Shown: positions 36,196 to 36,639 of the stretch, piece by piece | Layout: every line of letters begins with the position of its first letter | How positions within the stretch are numbered: the first letter of the stretch is position 1 | Source: an uncultured Clostridia bacterium | Lineage (GTDB): Bacteria; Bacillota; Clostridia; Lachnospirales; Lachnospiraceae | Direction of reading: 5' to 3' | Assembly: GCA_945622055.1 (NCBI GenBank) | Contig: CALZBV010000001.1 | Span: 1-36,639 of the forward strand | DNA: 36,639 bases | The notes under the pieces: model-generated | Databases searched by the model: none | Seen by the model: only the letters and a program-made list of their open reading frames with translations | What the model was told of the DNA's origin: nothing | Program-made: the position numbers and the translations under genes

Positions 36196-36639
36196 TCATG
36201 TGTTTGTATGTCTTTTCTGAAATTCGACAATCGGAAGCGGCAGGCAGGAAAGAAGTATAACGACCGTCCATGCGGCAGGGGTCAGCGGGGTAACCAGAAA
36301 AAGGTTTGCAGCAAACGGAAAGCAGATAACGGAAACCTGCAAAAAAGCACAGAGGATGCAGGAGAGAATCAGCTTTTGGTTTGTAAACAGCCCAATGGAA
36401 AAAACGGATTGTTCGCTGCGCATTTGCAGGGAATGAACGAGCTGTGAAAGGCTTAGTACAGCAAATGTCATTGTGGAACCTGTTCCGAAGAAGCGGTTTC
36501 CGATAACATAGGAAAGCAGTGAGAGAAAGCCAATCATGATTCCTTCCAGTGCTATTTTTATACCGACACCATTTGCAAAGAGACTTTTTTTGACCTGCTC
36601 CGGCGGATGCTTCATGACATCATGGCGTGCAGGCTCCAC
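36196..36639 (-). CDS. P-type cation-transporting ATPase, C-terminal TM region (partial; the 5' part lies beyond the window end)
   Basis: EPARHDVMKHPP followed by four hydrophobic helices, typical of the Cation_ATPase_C region of P2-type (Ca2+/Mg2+-like) pumps. The frame is open to the window edge. Confidence 0.75.
   Translation of the reverse strand: MEPARHDVMKHPPEQVKKSLFANGVGIKIALEGIMIGFLSLLSYVIGNRFFGTGSTMTFAVLSLSQLVHSLQMRSEQSVFSIGLFTNQKLILSCILCAFLQVSVICFPFAANLFLVTPLTPAAWTVVILLSCLPLPIVEFQKRHTNT

Noticed and set aside
1-36639. CRISPR arrays, tRNA or rRNA genes, integrase or att sites, toxin-antitoxin pairs, and known defence-system gene sets
   Set aside because: I saw no regularly spaced repeats, no cloverleaf-like conserved tRNA segments in the intergenic regions, and no recombinase or defence hallmark motifs in any long ORF. 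This was a visual scan only, so a computational scan (tRNAscan, Infernal, PADLOC/DefenseFinder) should confirm it.

Overview
This 36.6 kb window looks like a chromosomal segment from a Firmicutes/Clostridia-type genome, possibly Lachnospiraceae-like. That placement is inferred from AGGAGG-type ribosome-binding sites, TTGACA/TATAAT-like promoters, gene content and roughly mid-40s %GC. Most of it is housekeeping. It holds a MarR regulator plus citrate synthase and an inactivated oxalate/formate-type MFS transporter. A membrane HD-GYP protein follows, then a six-gene polyamine operon (speA, speE, carboxy(nor)spermidine dehydrogenase, nspC, aguA, aguB) behind a roughly 350-nt terminator-containing leader. 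Next come a Dabb protein, an Mrp/NBP35-NifX fusion with a RACo-like ASKHA ATPase, a PrsA-like lipoprotein, a LysR regulator and single-chain purL. After the accessory patch come an ABC-F ATPase, a beta-CASP RNase, pdxK, a Cof hydrolase, an M32 carboxypeptidase, enolase and the 3' end of a P-type ATPase. The one clearly accessory patch is about 23.5-27.3 kb. It contains a membrane-anchored TPR / Pro-Thr-linker protein whose last ~30 variable codons carry the AAC-derived NNC/NNT signature of a diversity-generating retroelement (DGR) variable region. This is followed by an Avd-like four-helix-bundle ORF whose frame runs directly into a reverse-transcriptase YMDD fragment. I could find no template repeat and no RT N-terminal half by eye. 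I read this as a decayed or frozen DGR, flanked by a CxxCxGxG-repeat ORF and a PD-(D/E)XK (Rpn-type) putative transposase. I saw no rRNA, tRNA or CRISPR array. I cannot point to a complete, clearly novel multi-gene system. The best leads are the DGR remnant, the unclassified polyamine-operon leader, and a small promoter-sORF-terminator module upstream of the MarR/citrate synthase genes.
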